DNA of 64,000 nucleotides from an uncultured Alphaproteobacteria bacterium (GCA_902526175.1 CABZJY010000002.1:122372-186371); one strand, 5' to 3'. Positions 43,908-54,912 are shown, numbered from the stretch's first letter. Notes: generated by a model not told the origin, from the letters alone. Numbers and translations are program-made.

Positions 43908-44923
43908 TTTCTTGTATTAATTGATATTAGTTCTTCGAGTTTTCTTTTTGCTTTATAGTTATCTATTGTATTGCTGGCTAAATCTATGCCCTCTTTAAAA
44001 TTTTTTACTTTACCAGAAATTAAAAGACAAGCTGAAGTATTTAAGATGACGTTGTCCCTTATTGGTCCAGTTTCACCCTCAAATAATCTATTCATAATAA
44101 AGGCATTTTCATTTGAGTCCCCCCCCACTAAGTCATTTTGTTTACATTTTTTAAGACCAACATCACTTGGAGAAAGTCTAATTGGCTTTGAAATTTTTTT
44201 TCCTTTAATTTTTATAATTAAATTTGTTGATGTAGTTGTGAGTTCATCATATCCATCAAGATTATGAATAACCCATGATTCTTTTAAATTCATTCTACTC
44301 AAACAATTTGAATGAGTTTCCAAAAATTTTTTTTCTGTGACACCTAATAATTGAAAACTTACATTTGAAGGATTTAGCAATGGGCCTAGAAGGTTAAAGA
44401 TAGTTCTTATATTTATATTTTTTCTTATATGTGCAACAGTTCCAAGTGTTTTATGAAAATTTGGAGCGAATAAAAAGCATATACCAGTTTTATTATACAT
44501 TGTTTTTATACCACTGATTGTATCTGAGATTTCAATTCCTAGAGCTTCAAGTATATCAATACTACCAGATTTTGAAGTCACAGATCTATTCCCATGTTTT
44601 GCTACATTTAAACCGCAAGCTGATACCAAAATTGCAGTTGCTGTAGAAATATTAAAACTTTTCTTGTTATCACCTCCAGTACCACAAGTATCTATGAGTT
44701 CTCCGGTTAGTTGAATTTTTTTTGATCTTTTCTTCAAAATATTTACCGCTCCTAATATTTCTTCAAAACTCTCACCTCTAAAAGATAGAATTGCTAAAAT
44801 ACCTGAGATTTGTTCATTATTTAATCTACCATCAAAAATAGCAGAAAATAGTATTTCTGATTCCATAGTATTAAGATATTTCCCCTCAAATATTTTAAAA
44901 AAAATTTTTTTTAATTGATTCAT
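43904..44923 (-). CDS. trpD: Anthranilate phosphoribosyltransferase
   Basis: Sequence DTCGTGGD...FNISTATA...AKHGNRSVTSKSGS, the TrpD signature. Confidence 0.9.
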   Translation of the reverse strand: MNQLKKIFFKIFEGKYLNTMESEILFSAIFDGRLNNEQISGILAILSFRGESFEEILGAVNILKKRSKKIQLTGELIDTCGTGGDNKKSFNISTATAILVSACGLNVAKHGNRSVTSKSGSIDILEALGIEISDTISGIKTMYNKTGICFLFAPNFHKTLGTVAHIRKNINIRTIFNLLGPLLNPSNVSFQLLGVTEKKFLETHSNCLSRMNLKESWVIHNLDGYDELTTTSTNLIIKIKGKKISKPIRLSPSDVGLKKCKQNDLVGGDSNENAFIMNRLFEGETGPIRDNVILNTSACLLISGKVKNFKEGIDLASNTIDNYKAKRKLEELISINTRK

Positions 44924-45498
44924 TTTTTTATTGATAAAAAATTTTTTAATAATTGGTGCCCGAACTCAGTTGCAATACTCTCAGGATGGAATTGAACACC
45001 AAAGATTGGAAGTTTTTTGTGGGATATACCCATAATTGTTCCATCTTTAGTTTGAGAAGTAATTTCAAGATCTTTTGGAATTTTATTTTTATTTACAATT
45101 AAAGAGTGATATCTAGTTGCTTGAAATGGGTTTTGTATATTTTTATATAAAATTGATCTATTATGATTGATTTCACTTACCTTACCATGAATAGGCTTTC
45201 CACTTTCCTCAACATACCCTCCGAATGCCTCAGCAATAGCCTGATGGCCTAAACATACTCCGAGGAGTGGAATTGTTCTAGAATTGTCAGCATTTTTTTT
45301 GATTAAGTCTATGCATATTCCCGCATTTTTCGGTGAACTTGGCCCAGGAGAAATTACTATATAATTGGGTGCTTTATTAAAGACATTTTCAGTGCTAATT
45401 TGATCATTTCTGAAAACAATTACCTCTTGACCTAATTCCTCAAAATAGTGGACTAAGTTATAGGTAAAACTATCGTAATTATCAATAAGTAATAACAT
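44920..45498 (-). CDS. trpG: Anthranilate synthase component II (glutamine amidotransferase)
   Basis: Class I GATase (GVCLGHQ; HPES), 192 aa, between trpE and trpD. Confidence 0.85.
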   Translation of the reverse strand: MLLLIDNYDSFTYNLVHYFEELGQEVIVFRNDQISTENVFNKAPNYIVISPGPSSPKNAGICIDLIKKNADNSRTIPLLGVCLGHQAIAEAFGGYVEESGKPIHGKVSEINHNRSILYKNIQNPFQATRYHSLIVNKNKIPKDLEITSQTKDGTIMGISHKKLPIFGVQFHPESIATEFGHQLLKNFLSIKK

Positions 45499-45500
45499 TA

Positions 45501-47021
45501 TTAATTACCCTCGAAGTGAGCAGAATATATTGTTGCTTCTAGGATTGCTAAAGCTTTATTTTCAGTTTCTAAAAATTCACTTTTAGGATTACTGTCAGCA
45601 ACAATCCCCGCACCAGATTGCACATATATTGTATCGTTTTTAATTACTGCTGTTCTTAAAGCGATACAACTATCAAGGTTTCCGTCGGCTGATAAGTAAC
45701 CAATTCCACCTGAGTAAATATTTCTTTTTGTTTTTTCTAATTCTTCAATAATTTCTAATGCTCTAATTTTTGGTGCTCCTGAAACAGTACCAGCAGGGAA
45801 CCCACTAAAAAATGCATCAACATTATCAAACTTTGGGTCTATCTCACCATTTATATTAGAAATTATATGCATTACGTGTGAAAAATATTCAACATACATT
45901 TGTTTTGTAACTTTTACAGTGCCAGGTTTACAGACTTTGCTTGTATCATTTCTTCCTAAGTCTAAAAGCATAAGATGTTCTGACATTTCTTTTTTATCAG
46001 TAAGCAAGTCATTTTCTAATTTGATATCCTCTAAACTATTTTTCCCTCTTTTTCTAGTCCCTGCAATAGGTCTAATTGTAACGATATCATTTTTTAATTT
46101 TACTAAGATTTCTGGACTTGAGCCAATTACTGAAAAATTTTTAAATTTAATATAAAAAAGATAAGGAGAAGGGTTTAAATATCTAAGTGCTCTGTAAATT
46201 GAAAGTGCGGAGCAATTAATTTTTTTTTTAAAGTATCTAGACAAAACAACTTGAAAAACTTCACCTGAATAAATGTATCTTTTTGCTCTTTCAACTATAT
46301 TCTTGAATTGAGCATAATTTAAATTGGAGTAAACACCTTTTTTAACATCATATTTATATTTAACTAGTTGTGATTTGGTTTTATATAGTTTTTTGCTAAT
46401 AGAACCCTTAAGTCTATTTAAAATACTATTAATTTGTTCTTTTGCTTGAGAGAAAGCTAAATTTGGTTTTAAGTTTTTTTTTGGCCAAACTGTTTTTACT
46501 ATAAATAAATTATCTTTAACATTATCAAAAATCATCATAATTGATGGTCTTATGAAAACTGAATCTGGAAGTTGCAATACATCTTTGTTATTGAATTTGA
46601 CATTTTCAAAATGTGAAATCATTTCATAACCCAAATACCCAAATAAACCAGATGACATTGGAGGTAAATGATTAGGTATTTTAAATTTATTATTTTTAAA
46701 TAATTTTTTGAGACTTTCTATAGGAGAGATTTTTGTTTCACTTTTTTTAACAAATGTTTTATTTATAAGTTCTTTTATTGTAATTTCGGAATTTTTACAC
46801 TCCCATATTAAATCTGGTTTAATGCCAATAGCAGAGTATCTTCCTTTTTGATTACCTTTTTCTACTGATTCAAATAAGAAAATGTATTTTTCTTTTTCAA
46901 ATTTCAAAAGAGTTGAAACCGGAGTATATAAATCAGCTGAGAGAGCTGTAAATAACAACTGAGGTTTATTCAGATCGTATTTTTTTTTAAAACTTTTTAG
47001 ATCCGGTTGTAATATATCCAT
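45501..47021 (-). CDS. trpE: Anthranilate synthase component I
   Basis: Chorismate-binding C-terminal domain (GAGIVADS; GYLSADG); 506 aa. Confidence 0.88.
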   Translation of the reverse strand: MDILQPDLKSFKKKYDLNKPQLLFTALSADLYTPVSTLLKFEKEKYIFLFESVEKGNQKGRYSAIGIKPDLIWECKNSEITIKELINKTFVKKSETKISPIESLKKLFKNNKFKIPNHLPPMSSGLFGYLGYEMISHFENVKFNNKDVLQLPDSVFIRPSIMMIFDNVKDNLFIVKTVWPKKNLKPNLAFSQAKEQINSILNRLKGSISKKLYKTKSQLVKYKYDVKKGVYSNLNYAQFKNIVERAKRYIYSGEVFQVVLSRYFKKKINCSALSIYRALRYLNPSPYLFYIKFKNFSVIGSSPEILVKLKNDIVTIRPIAGTRKRGKNSLEDIKLENDLLTDKKEMSEHLMLLDLGRNDTSKVCKPGTVKVTKQMYVEYFSHVMHIISNINGEIDPKFDNVDAFFSGFPAGTVSGAPKIRALEIIEELEKTKRNIYSGGIGYLSADGNLDSCIALRTAVIKNDTIYVQSGAGIVADSNPKSEFLETENKALAILEATIYSAHFEGN

Positions 47022-47026
47022 TATAA

Positions 47027-48931
47027 TTAATTAAGTTGATCTATTACATCATCATTAATGGAGATTTTGTATTTTTTTCTAAGAACTTCAGAAAATTGAG
47101 ATAACAAGTCTACGCTCATGTCATCTTCAATTCTTTTATTAAAGGCTTTCATATCAGATTTGTCTTTACCATAAGCATTAATAATTTCTTCAATTTGCGA
47201 TACTATAACTTCTTGATCTGATCTATTATGAATTAGTACATCTGAAAGTTTCGAAGCAAATATCTTGTCGATTAGTGGTAAAGGTAATTCAGAGTCATCT
47301 GGACGTATCCTGTTAAAGGGTGCAACTCCTTTTAACTCCAGATTATATTTATTTGTTACGTTTTCAATGGAACTACTTTCTATCTCTGATTTTAATTTTT
47401 TTGCAAATTCTAATGCTTTTTGGAATTGACCAACTTCTTTTAACTTACTAATAACAATTGGTCGAGCTTCTTCAATGCTCATTTGTCTAGGTGGATATAT
47501 TTTTTTTACAATACTTACAGCTAGACCATTATCATCATCTATATCAATCAAGTTTCCTTCTTCATTTTCTTTTTGATTGAAAACTGCTCTCAAAATTCTT
47601 GCATCTTGAAATTCAAGATTCTTTTTTCCATCAAAATTAATTCCTTCATTGTCAATTTTTTTTGCTTCAATTAATTTCACTTCCAATTTTTGTGAAATTT
47701 CTAAAAGCGATTCACCTCCAGCAAGCGAATCTTCTACTTCGTCTTGTAGGTCAAAAACTGCTTCTTTGCCTTTTTCAATGAGTAATTCATTTCTAAATTT
47801 ATTTTTTACATCTTCGTAGGTAAATTCTTTTCTTGCTTCGATATCTAAAACAAGAAAAATATGCCATCCAAATGATGATTGTATGGGTTTTGTAATTTTA
47901 TTCTTTTTTACATTAAATACTCCTTCAATTACTTCTTCAGGTAACTCGGTCTTTGTGTTCCATCCTAAATCAATATCACTTTCGTCTAGGCTAGCTAGTT
48001 CTTTTGCAGTGTCTGAAAAATTTGTTCCTTTTTCAAGTTTAAGAAATATTTTATTTGCTAGATCTTCTTCTTGCACCAAAATTTGCTTAAGGTATCTTCT
48101 TTCAGGTTTAATTAAACTTTCTTTTCTCTCTTCGTATAATATTTGGACTTCATCATCAGTAACTGTTGTATTTTCTGCAAACTTTTTTGCATCAAGTAAT
48201 AAAGTTTCTACATCTCTAAACTCTTTTGTTTTGAAATCTGCTTTATTCTTTTCGAAATATTCATTAATTTCTAGATCTGTATAATTTTTAGCTTTTTGGT
48301 CACTAGCTTTTACAACAAAGTAGTTAACAGATCTTTCCTCAAGATTATATGAACCAATGTTCTTTGAAATAATTTCAGGAAGTATGAAACTTGATCTTAA
48401 AGTTTCAACCATTTGATCTCTAGCAAGATCTTGTCTCGTCCCTTCCACATACCTGTCTTCTGTGTAACCACTTTCAGAAATTAATTGTCTAAAAATTAAT
48501 TCACTGAATTGACCTAAATCATCTTTAAAAGATTCATCCTTAACAATTCTGTCCTTTACATTCAGATCACTTACTGAGAGACCTAAATCAGAAGCCTGAT
48601 TGTTAAATAAAGCTCTGTTAACTAAAGAACTTAGAGCACGATCTACATAACCAAACTCTCTACCTCTCTTAATGTCTAGTGATGAACCTAACAATTTCCT
48701 TATTTCTTCAGTTTGTCTAGTATAAAGACTTAAAAATTCTTTTGATGAAACGTCAATCTTACCAACTGTCGCAACAGTAGTCTGTTGTTTTGAAACTCCA
48801 ATTAAGTCTTCTGTCCCCCATATAGCAAAACTTAAAATTAAAAGAGTCATTAATGTTCCCAAAACAATTTTTGGAATATAACTTTTTGAACTATTTCTTA
48901 ATTTATTTAACATAATTATATCATTATACAA
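47027..48931 (-). CDS. ppiD: Periplasmic chaperone / peptidyl-prolyl isomerase PpiD-like
   Basis: N-terminal TM anchor, SurA-like chaperone domains and a parvulin-type PPIase segment (SSFGWHIFLV). Its position upstream of trpE is the conserved alphaproteobacterial arrangement. Confidence 0.7.
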   Translation of the reverse strand: MYNDIIMLNKLRNSSKSYIPKIVLGTLMTLLILSFAIWGTEDLIGVSKQQTTVATVGKIDVSSKEFLSLYTRQTEEIRKLLGSSLDIKRGREFGYVDRALSSLVNRALFNNQASDLGLSVSDLNVKDRIVKDESFKDDLGQFSELIFRQLISESGYTEDRYVEGTRQDLARDQMVETLRSSFILPEIISKNIGSYNLEERSVNYFVVKASDQKAKNYTDLEINEYFEKNKADFKTKEFRDVETLLLDAKKFAENTTVTDDEVQILYEERKESLIKPERRYLKQILVQEEDLANKIFLKLEKGTNFSDTAKELASLDESDIDLGWNTKTELPEEVIEGVFNVKKNKITKPIQSSFGWHIFLVLDIEARKEFTYEDVKNKFRNELLIEKGKEAVFDLQDEVEDSLAGGESLLEISQKLEVKLIEAKKIDNEGINFDGKKNLEFQDARILRAVFNQKENEEGNLIDIDDDNGLAVSIVKKIYPPRQMSIEEARPIVISKLKEVGQFQKALEFAKKLKSEIESSSIENVTNKYNLELKGVAPFNRIRPDDSELPLPLIDKIFASKLSDVLIHNRSDQEVIVSQIEEIINAYGKDKSDMKAFNKRIEDDMSVDLLSQFSEVLRKKYKISINDDVIDQLN

Positions 48932-48961
48932 AATTTACTCAATTACATATATACTAAGATC

Positions 48962-49699
48962 ATGCAAAAAAAAACCTTTATTATAGCAAATTGGAAAATG
49001 AATATGTCAGTTAATAATGCAAATAAATTCATTAAAAAACTGGATAAACTCAATTATAAGAAAAAAAAATTCAAAGAAATTGTTATTTGTGCACAGTTTC
49101 TATTGTTACCCAGCCTCAGTAAAATTTCTAGAAAAAATATATTATTAGGGAGTCAAGACTGTCATCATGAGCCTCAAGGAGCATTTACAGGAGATTCAAG
49201 CATAGATTTGATTAAATTTTTTAAATGCAAATACGTTATTGTTGGTCATTCTGAAAGAAGAAAATATCACTATGAATCAAACCATTTAATCAAGAAAAAA
49301 ATAGATTTAATTTCTATTAAGAACTTAATTCCTATTCTCTGCATCGGTGAGTCTTTGGAGGAAAGAAAAAGCAAGAAATACAAAGAAAAAATTTATGGAC
49401 AGTTAAATGAATCGGTTTCCAACAAGATAAAAAAGTTGGTTATTGCCTATGAACCAATATGGTCGATAGGTACTGGTAAAATCCCGTCGTATGATGAGAT
49501 ATCAGAAATATCTAATTTAATAAAAAATTTTTTTGTCAAATTTAGGAAAAATTGTGATTTATCAATTGTTTATGGTGGCTCTGTAGATAGCTTAAATTTT
49601 AGAAAGATATCTGAAATTAAGAATATAAACGGAGCGCTAATAGGTGGTTCAAGCCTTAAGTATAGTGAATTAAAAAAAATTGTCAGTTCAATTAATTAA
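48962..49699 (+). CDS. tpiA: Triosephosphate isomerase
   Basis: Sequence IIANWKMN, VIVGHSERR, IAYEPIWSIGTG, YGGSV (TIM catalytic motifs). Confidence 0.92.
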   Translation: MQKKTFIIANWKMNMSVNNANKFIKKLDKLNYKKKKFKEIVICAQFLLLPSLSKISRKNILLGSQDCHHEPQGAFTGDSSIDLIKFFKCKYVIVGHSERRKYHYESNHLIKKKIDLISIKNLIPILCIGESLEERKSKKYKEKIYGQLNESVSNKIKKLVIAYEPIWSIGTGKIPSYDEISEISNLIKNFFVKFRKNCDLSIVYGGSVDSLNFRKISEIKNINGALIGGSSLKYSELKKIVSSIN

Positions 49700-49738
49700 T
49701 TTATTGTATAATTGATAGATTTTGAATATGTTGTGTTT

Positions 49739-50092
49739 ATGTTTACAGTTTTGTTATCAATTCACTTAGTGATATGCGTTTTTTTAGTAATTTTAGTACT
49801 ATTACAAAAATCTGAAGGTGGTGGTCTTGGAATTGGTCAAAGTGGTGGTGGAATAGGAGACTTTATGACCAGCAGAAGCGCAGCAAACTTTTTAACAAAA
49901 ACCACGACATTTCTTGCAGTTTGTTTTTTTCTCACTAGTTTTGGCCTAGCATTTTTGGCAAATAAAACATATAATAAGAAATCCATTTTAGATTCCTCTG
50001 AAGATGCTATTATTGATAGACTAGATCTAATACCTGAAGAATTTGATGTTGAGTCTGATAATAAAAATGAAATTGAAGTTCCTGTTGAATAA
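49739..50092 (+). CDS. secG: Preprotein translocase subunit SecG
   Basis: Sequence FTVLLSIHLVICVFLVILVLLQKSEGGGLG, the SecG N-terminus and Gly-rich loop. The Met at 49739 is preferred over 49712. Confidence 0.8.
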   Translation: MFTVLLSIHLVICVFLVILVLLQKSEGGGLGIGQSGGGIGDFMTSRSAANFLTKTTTFLAVCFFLTSFGLAFLANKTYNKKSILDSSEDAIIDRLDLIPEEFDVESDNKNEIEVPVE

Positions 50093-50123
50093 TTATATAA
50101 ATGTAATTATTGATCAGTAAATA

Positions 50124-51752
50124 ATGACAAAATATATCTTTATAACAGGTGGTGTTGTTTCCTCGTTAGGTAAAGGTATAGCTTCTTCCGCAATAGCCTC
50201 ATTACTGCAACTAGCAAATTTCAAAGTGAGAATTAGAAAATTAGACCCTTACCTCAATATTGATCCTGGTACTATGAGTCCCTCTCAACACGGAGAAGTG
50301 TTTGTAACAGATGATGGCGCCGAAACAGATATGGATTTAGGTCATTACGAGAGGTTTACTGGCATAATATCAAAAAAAAGTGACAATATAACTACAGGAA
50401 AAATTTATTCTGAAGTTTTAAAAAAAGAAAGAAAAGGTGATTATCTAGGATCTACTGTTCAAGTTATTCCGCATGTTACAGATCAAATTAAGAATTTTAT
50501 TCAAACAGACTTATCAAAAGAAGATTTCGTTATTTGTGAAATTGGTGGGACGGTTGGAGATATTGAGAGTTTACCATTCCTGGAGGCTATTAGACAACTC
50601 AGGAACGAATTGGGAAGGAAAAAAACGTGTTTTATACATCTAACCTTATTACCATTTGTGTCTGTTGCTAATGAGTTTAAAACTAAGCCAACCCAACATT
50701 CTGTTAAAGAATTATTAAGCTCCGGGATACAACCAGATATATTGATATGTAGAACTACCAAAAAATTTGACTTAGAATCAAAAAAAAAAATTTCTCTTTT
50801 TTGTAATATACCAATGGAATCAGTAATTATGGCTGTGGATGTTAAATCAATTTATGAAGTACCAATTACTTTACATGCGGAAAAGATTGATCAAAGAATT
50901 TTTGATTATTTTGGATTAAAAAATAAAAAATTAGATCTACATAAATGGAAAAATTTTAATAACAAAGTAAAAAATATTAATAAACAAGTTAGTTTGGCAA
51001 TTGTTGGTAAATATTTAAACTTAACTGAATCATATAAATCACTTTACGAAGCAATTTTTCATAGCAGTGTATACAACAATGCAAATGTAAAAGTTGACTG
51101 GATAGATGCTGTAAAGTTAAAAGATAAAGATAGTTGCAGGAAATATTTGTCAAATTTTAATGGAATTTTAGTACCAGGAGGTTTTGGGAAAAGAGGTGTA
51201 GATGGTAAAATATTATCTATTAATTATGCAAGGAATAATCAAAAACCTTTTTTAGGTATTTGTTTTGGTATGCAATTAGCTGTTATTGAGGCAATAAGAT
51301 CTGTTAAGGGTTTTGAAAAGTCAACTTCATCTGAATTTAGTAAAAGAGGTAATAATGTAATTTCATTTATGGATGAATGGGTTGATGATAAATCGATACA
51401 TAAACAAGATACAAAAAATTATGGTGGAAGTATGAGATTAGGTTCTTATGATGCTATTTTAAAAAAAGGTTCAAAAATTTACAACATTTACAAAAAAGTA
51501 AAAATTTCGGAGAGACATAGACATAGATATGAAGTAAATTTTAACTATAAAAAAGTAATAGAATCAAACGGAATTGTTTTTTCAGGTATTTCTCCTGATG
51601 GAAAACTGGCTGAGGTTATGGAATATATAGATCATCCTTGGTTTATAGGCGTCCAGTATCACCCAGAGTTAAAATCAACTCCTTTTAATCCACATCCATT
51701 ATTTAATTCTTTTGTGAATGCACTTATAAAAAATAAAAAAAAAGATGGATGA
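50124..51752 (+). CDS. pyrG: CTP synthase
   Basis: Sequence KYIFITGGVVSSLGKG, then a C-terminal GATase domain (GICFGMQ; HRHRYEVN). Confidence 0.93.
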   Translation: MTKYIFITGGVVSSLGKGIASSAIASLLQLANFKVRIRKLDPYLNIDPGTMSPSQHGEVFVTDDGAETDMDLGHYERFTGIISKKSDNITTGKIYSEVLKKERKGDYLGSTVQVIPHVTDQIKNFIQTDLSKEDFVICEIGGTVGDIESLPFLEAIRQLRNELGRKKTCFIHLTLLPFVSVANEFKTKPTQHSVKELLSSGIQPDILICRTTKKFDLESKKKISLFCNIPMESVIMAVDVKSIYEVPITLHAEKIDQRIFDYFGLKNKKLDLHKWKNFNNKVKNINKQVSLAIVGKYLNLTESYKSLYEAIFHSSVYNNANVKVDWIDAVKLKDKDSCRKYLSNFNGILVPGGFGKRGVDGKILSINYARNNQKPFLGICFGMQLAVIEAIRSVKGFEKSTSSEFSKRGNNVISFMDEWVDDKSIHKQDTKNYGGSMRLGSYDAILKKGSKIYNIYKKVKISERHRHRYEVNFNYKKVIESNGIVFSGISPDGKLAEVMEYIDHPWFIGVQYHPELKSTPFNPHPLFNSFVNALIKNKKKDG

Positions 51753-52593
51753 TTTAAGAGATATAAAACAAAATGAAATTAAATTGAATGGTATTTCATT
51801 CTCAAATAATAAATCAATTATTTTAATTGCTGGTCCATGCCAAATTGAAAGTAAGGATCATGCATTTTTTGTTTGTTCAGAAATTGAAAAAATTACAAAA
51901 AGTTTAAATCTGAAATTCGTTTATAAGAGCTCATTTGATAAGGCTAATAGAACAAGCATTAACAGTAAAAGAGGAGTTGGTCTTGAAAAAGGTCTAGAAA
52001 TTCTTAACGAAGTTAAAAAAAAATTCAATTGTCCAGTGCTCACTGATGTTCATGAGGCATGGCAATGCAGTGAAGTAGCGAAAGTAATTGATATTATTCA
52101 AATTCCAGCTTTTTTATGTAGGCAGACCGATCTTTTAACTGCTGCAGCTAAAACAAAAAAAATTGTAAATATTAAAAAAGGACAATTTCTTTCACCCTGG
52201 GAAATGGCAAATGTAATTTCCAAAGTAAGTTCATGTGGCAACAAAAGAATTTTAGTAACTGAAAGAGGAACAATGTTTGGGTACAATAATTTGGTCACTG
52301 ATTTTCGTTCTTTATATATTTTAAAAAGTTTTGGTTTTCCTGTTATTTTTGATGCAACTCATTCTGTACAACAACCTGGTAATCTTAAAAATTCTTCAGG
52401 GGGACAAAAAGAATTTATACCTTTACTTGCAAAAGCATCAGTTACTGCAGGAATATCGTCCATTTTTATTGAAACTCATGAAAATCCTAATAAAGCTCCA
52501 TCTGACGGTTCATGTATGGTAGCATTATCAAATCTGAAAAGTTTACTTAAAGAAATTAAATTATTTGACGAACTTACAAAAAAAAAATTATAG
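51745..52593 (+). CDS. kdsA: 2-dehydro-3-deoxyphosphooctonate aldolase (KDO8P synthase)
   Basis: DAHP/KDO8PS TIM-barrel family (LIAGPCQIES; QIPAFLCRQTDLL; DATHSVQ). Confidence 0.9.
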   Translation: MDDLRDIKQNEIKLNGISFSNNKSIILIAGPCQIESKDHAFFVCSEIEKITKSLNLKFVYKSSFDKANRTSINSKRGVGLEKGLEILNEVKKKFNCPVLTDVHEAWQCSEVAKVIDIIQIPAFLCRQTDLLTAAAKTKKIVNIKKGQFLSPWEMANVISKVSSCGNKRILVTERGTMFGYNNLVTDFRSLYILKSFGFPVIFDATHSVQQPGNLKNSSGGQKEFIPLLAKASVTAGISSIFIETHENPNKAPSDGSCMVALSNLKSLLKEIKLFDELTKKKL

Positions 52594-52599
52594 TTAACA

Positions 52600-53886
52600 A
52601 TGCCTGTTATAAAAAAAATTAAATCAAGAGAGATATTAGATAGTAGAGGATTTCCGACAGTAGAAGTAGATGTAATTTTAGATTGCAATACATTCGGAAG
52701 AGCTTCGGTACCCTCAGGGTCATCAACAGGGACATTTGAGGCATGTGAACTAAGAGATGGTGATAAAATTAGATACTTTGGTAAAGGTGTAAAAAATGCT
52801 GTGAATTTTGTAAATACAGAAATAAATGACACAATTCAAGGATTTGAAGTAACAGAACAAAAGTTTATAGATCAGACATTAATTGATCTTGATGATACTA
52901 TAAATAAATCAAGATTGGGTGCTAATGCAATATTAGGTGTTTCTTTAGCGGTTGCCAAAGCATCAGCTAATTACTATAAATTACCTTTATACAAGTATTT
53001 AGGAGGTGTTTCTAATATATTGCCTACGCCAATGATGAATATAGTAAATGGTGGTTGTCATGCAAACAATGGCTTGGACTTTCAAGAATTCATGATTATT
53101 CCTGTTAATTTCACAAATTTTTCATCTGCATTGAGAGCTGGCTCTGAGATTTTTCACATTCTAAAAGAATTATTGAATAAAAAAAATTTATCTACATCTG
53201 TAGGTGATGAAGGCGGCTTTGCTCCTAATTTTAATTCTAATAAGCAATGTCTTGATATGATAAGTCAAGCCGTAGAAAAATCTAATTACTCATTAGGAAA
53301 AGATATTTATTTGGGTCTAGATGTTGCTTCAACTGAATTTTATTCTAAAAATAAATATAGTCTTGCCGGTGAAAATCTTACATTATCATCAGAAAAGCTT
53401 GTTTTATATTATGAGAATCTAATTAAAAATTATCCTATAATTTCAATTGAAGATCCAATGTCTGAAAACGATTGGAATGGTTGGCAAGAGATGACTAACT
53501 GTATTGGAGAAAAATGCCAATTGGTTGGAGATGACCTTTTTGTAACAAATATAGATAGATTAAAAAAAGGAATTAACAAAAAATGTGCAAATTCTATTCT
53601 TATAAAATTAAATCAAATTGGCACTGTCTCAGAAACTATTATGACAATAAATGAAGCTAAACATAATAATTATAATAATATTATTTCTCATAGATCTGGT
53701 GAGACAGAAGACACATTTATTGCCGATTTAGCAGTTGGACTTTCAGCCAATCAAATTAAAACTGGATCATTAAGCCGAGGAGAGAGAATTTGTAAGTACA
53801 ACCAAATATTGAGAATTGAAGAAACTTTGGAGGATGCTGCACAATTTGCCGGTATAAACCCATTTAAAAGATTTATAGGTAAATGA
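52600..53886 (+). CDS. eno: Enolase
   Basis: Sequence [19 protein letters not shown]...[17 protein letters not shown]... Confidence 0.93.
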   Translation: MPVIKKIKSREILDSRGFPTVEVDVILDCNTFGRASVPSGSSTGTFEACELRDGDKIRYFGKGVKNAVNFVNTEINDTIQGFEVTEQKFIDQTLIDLDDTINKSRLGANAILGVSLAVAKASANYYKLPLYKYLGGVSNILPTPMMNIVNGGCHANNGLDFQEFMIIPVNFTNFSSALRAGSEIFHILKELLNKKNLSTSVGDEGGFAPNFNSNKQCLDMISQAVEKSNYSLGKDIYLGLDVASTEFYSKNKYSLAGENLTLSSEKLVLYYENLIKNYPIISIEDPMSENDWNGWQEMTNCIGEKCQLVGDDLFVTNIDRLKKGINKKCANSILIKLNQIGTVSETIMTINEAKHNNYNNIISHRSGETEDTFIADLAVGLSANQIKTGSLSRGERICKYNQILRIEETLEDAAQFAGINPFKRFIGK

Positions 53887-54170
53887 GGATATTTAAATTT
53901 AAAAAATTTATAAGTATTATTCTTGGAACATTAGTCTTTTTAATTTGTTTAAATTTTTTTTCTGGAAAAAAAAATATTTTTGAACTTAAACATAATTTTT
54001 CAAAGATTAGTGACTTAGAGAATAAAATTTTAGAAACTAATGAAAAAAATAAAAAGTTTATTTTTCTACATAATGAATTAAAAAATAAAAATAAAGACAT
54101 ACTTAACTATTATGTGAGAAAAAATTTAAATTATAGAGAAAAAGATGAAATCGTAATTATCTACGATTGA
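53883..54170 (+). CDS. ftsB: Septum formation initiator (FtsB/DivIC-like)
   Basis: 95 aa with one N-terminal TM helix followed by a coiled coil, in the eno-downstream position conserved in alphaproteobacteria. Confidence 0.6.
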   Translation: MRIFKFKKFISIILGTLVFLICLNFFSGKKNIFELKHNFSKISDLENKILETNEKNKKFIFLHNELKNKNKDILNYYVRKNLNYREKDEIVIIYD

Positions 54171-54912
54171 AATAATCTATAAAAAATTGAAATGCAATTC
54201 TACCTGAGTATCCACCTTTTAAAATCGACCAACTCAATGCTTCGGTCTTAATATCCTCTTTAATCTGAAAAGATTTTGAATAATTATTAATTATTTGCAA
54301 ATATTGATCTTTACTACATCGATAAAATCCTAAACATAATCCAAATCTTTCTGATAATGAAAAAATACTATTTTGAATGTCTTTTGTTTCGAGATCATCA
54401 AGGTCACTTTGATCAGAAGACAATGATATGTTTCTCATGTTTGTAGTAAAATAATAGGTAATATTTTTGTTTGAACTTAATAGGCTTCCTTCAAGTACTG
54501 ATTTTAAAATATTAAAGTCGTTACTGAATGGCATAAATATTACATCATCAATAAATACAATAAATTTTTTATTAATTGTTGATAATCTATAAACAATTTC
54601 AGGCAAGTAAATTATATCATGACTTAATATTTCTAAGAAGTTAAGATTTTTATATCCTTTATTTATTAAATCATCTATAACCGCATGGACTAGTGATGAT
54701 TTTCCCATCCCTTTTTCTCCCCAGAGAAGCACATTAGAGAAATTTTTATCATTAATAAAATTTATTGTATTTTTAATTAAACTGTCTTTTTGATCATCAA
54801 TAAATAGTAAATCCGCTAATTTTTTTTTGTAATTAGTATTTATTCCTACTATTTCTTTCATAGTCGAAATAAAAATTAGTTTATTCAAATTTTTATTGTT
54901 GATTTTAATCAT
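54157..54912 (-). CDS. DUF815-like P-loop ATPase of unknown function
   Basis: Walker A GEKGMGKSS and Walker B KFIVFIDDV; 251 aa. Divergent from yajC-secDF, and its 3' end overlaps ftsB by 14 nt. Confidence 0.7.
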   Translation of the reverse strand: MIKINNKNLNKLIFISTMKEIVGINTNYKKKLADLLFIDDQKDSLIKNTINFINDKNFSNVLLWGEKGMGKSSLVHAVIDDLINKGYKNLNFLEILSHDIIYLPEIVYRLSTINKKFIVFIDDVIFMPFSNDFNILKSVLEGSLLSSNKNITYYFTTNMRNISLSSDQSDLDDLETKDIQNSIFSLSERFGLCLGFYRCSKDQYLQIINNYSKSFQIKEDIKTEALSWSILKGGYSGRIAFQFFIDYFNRR

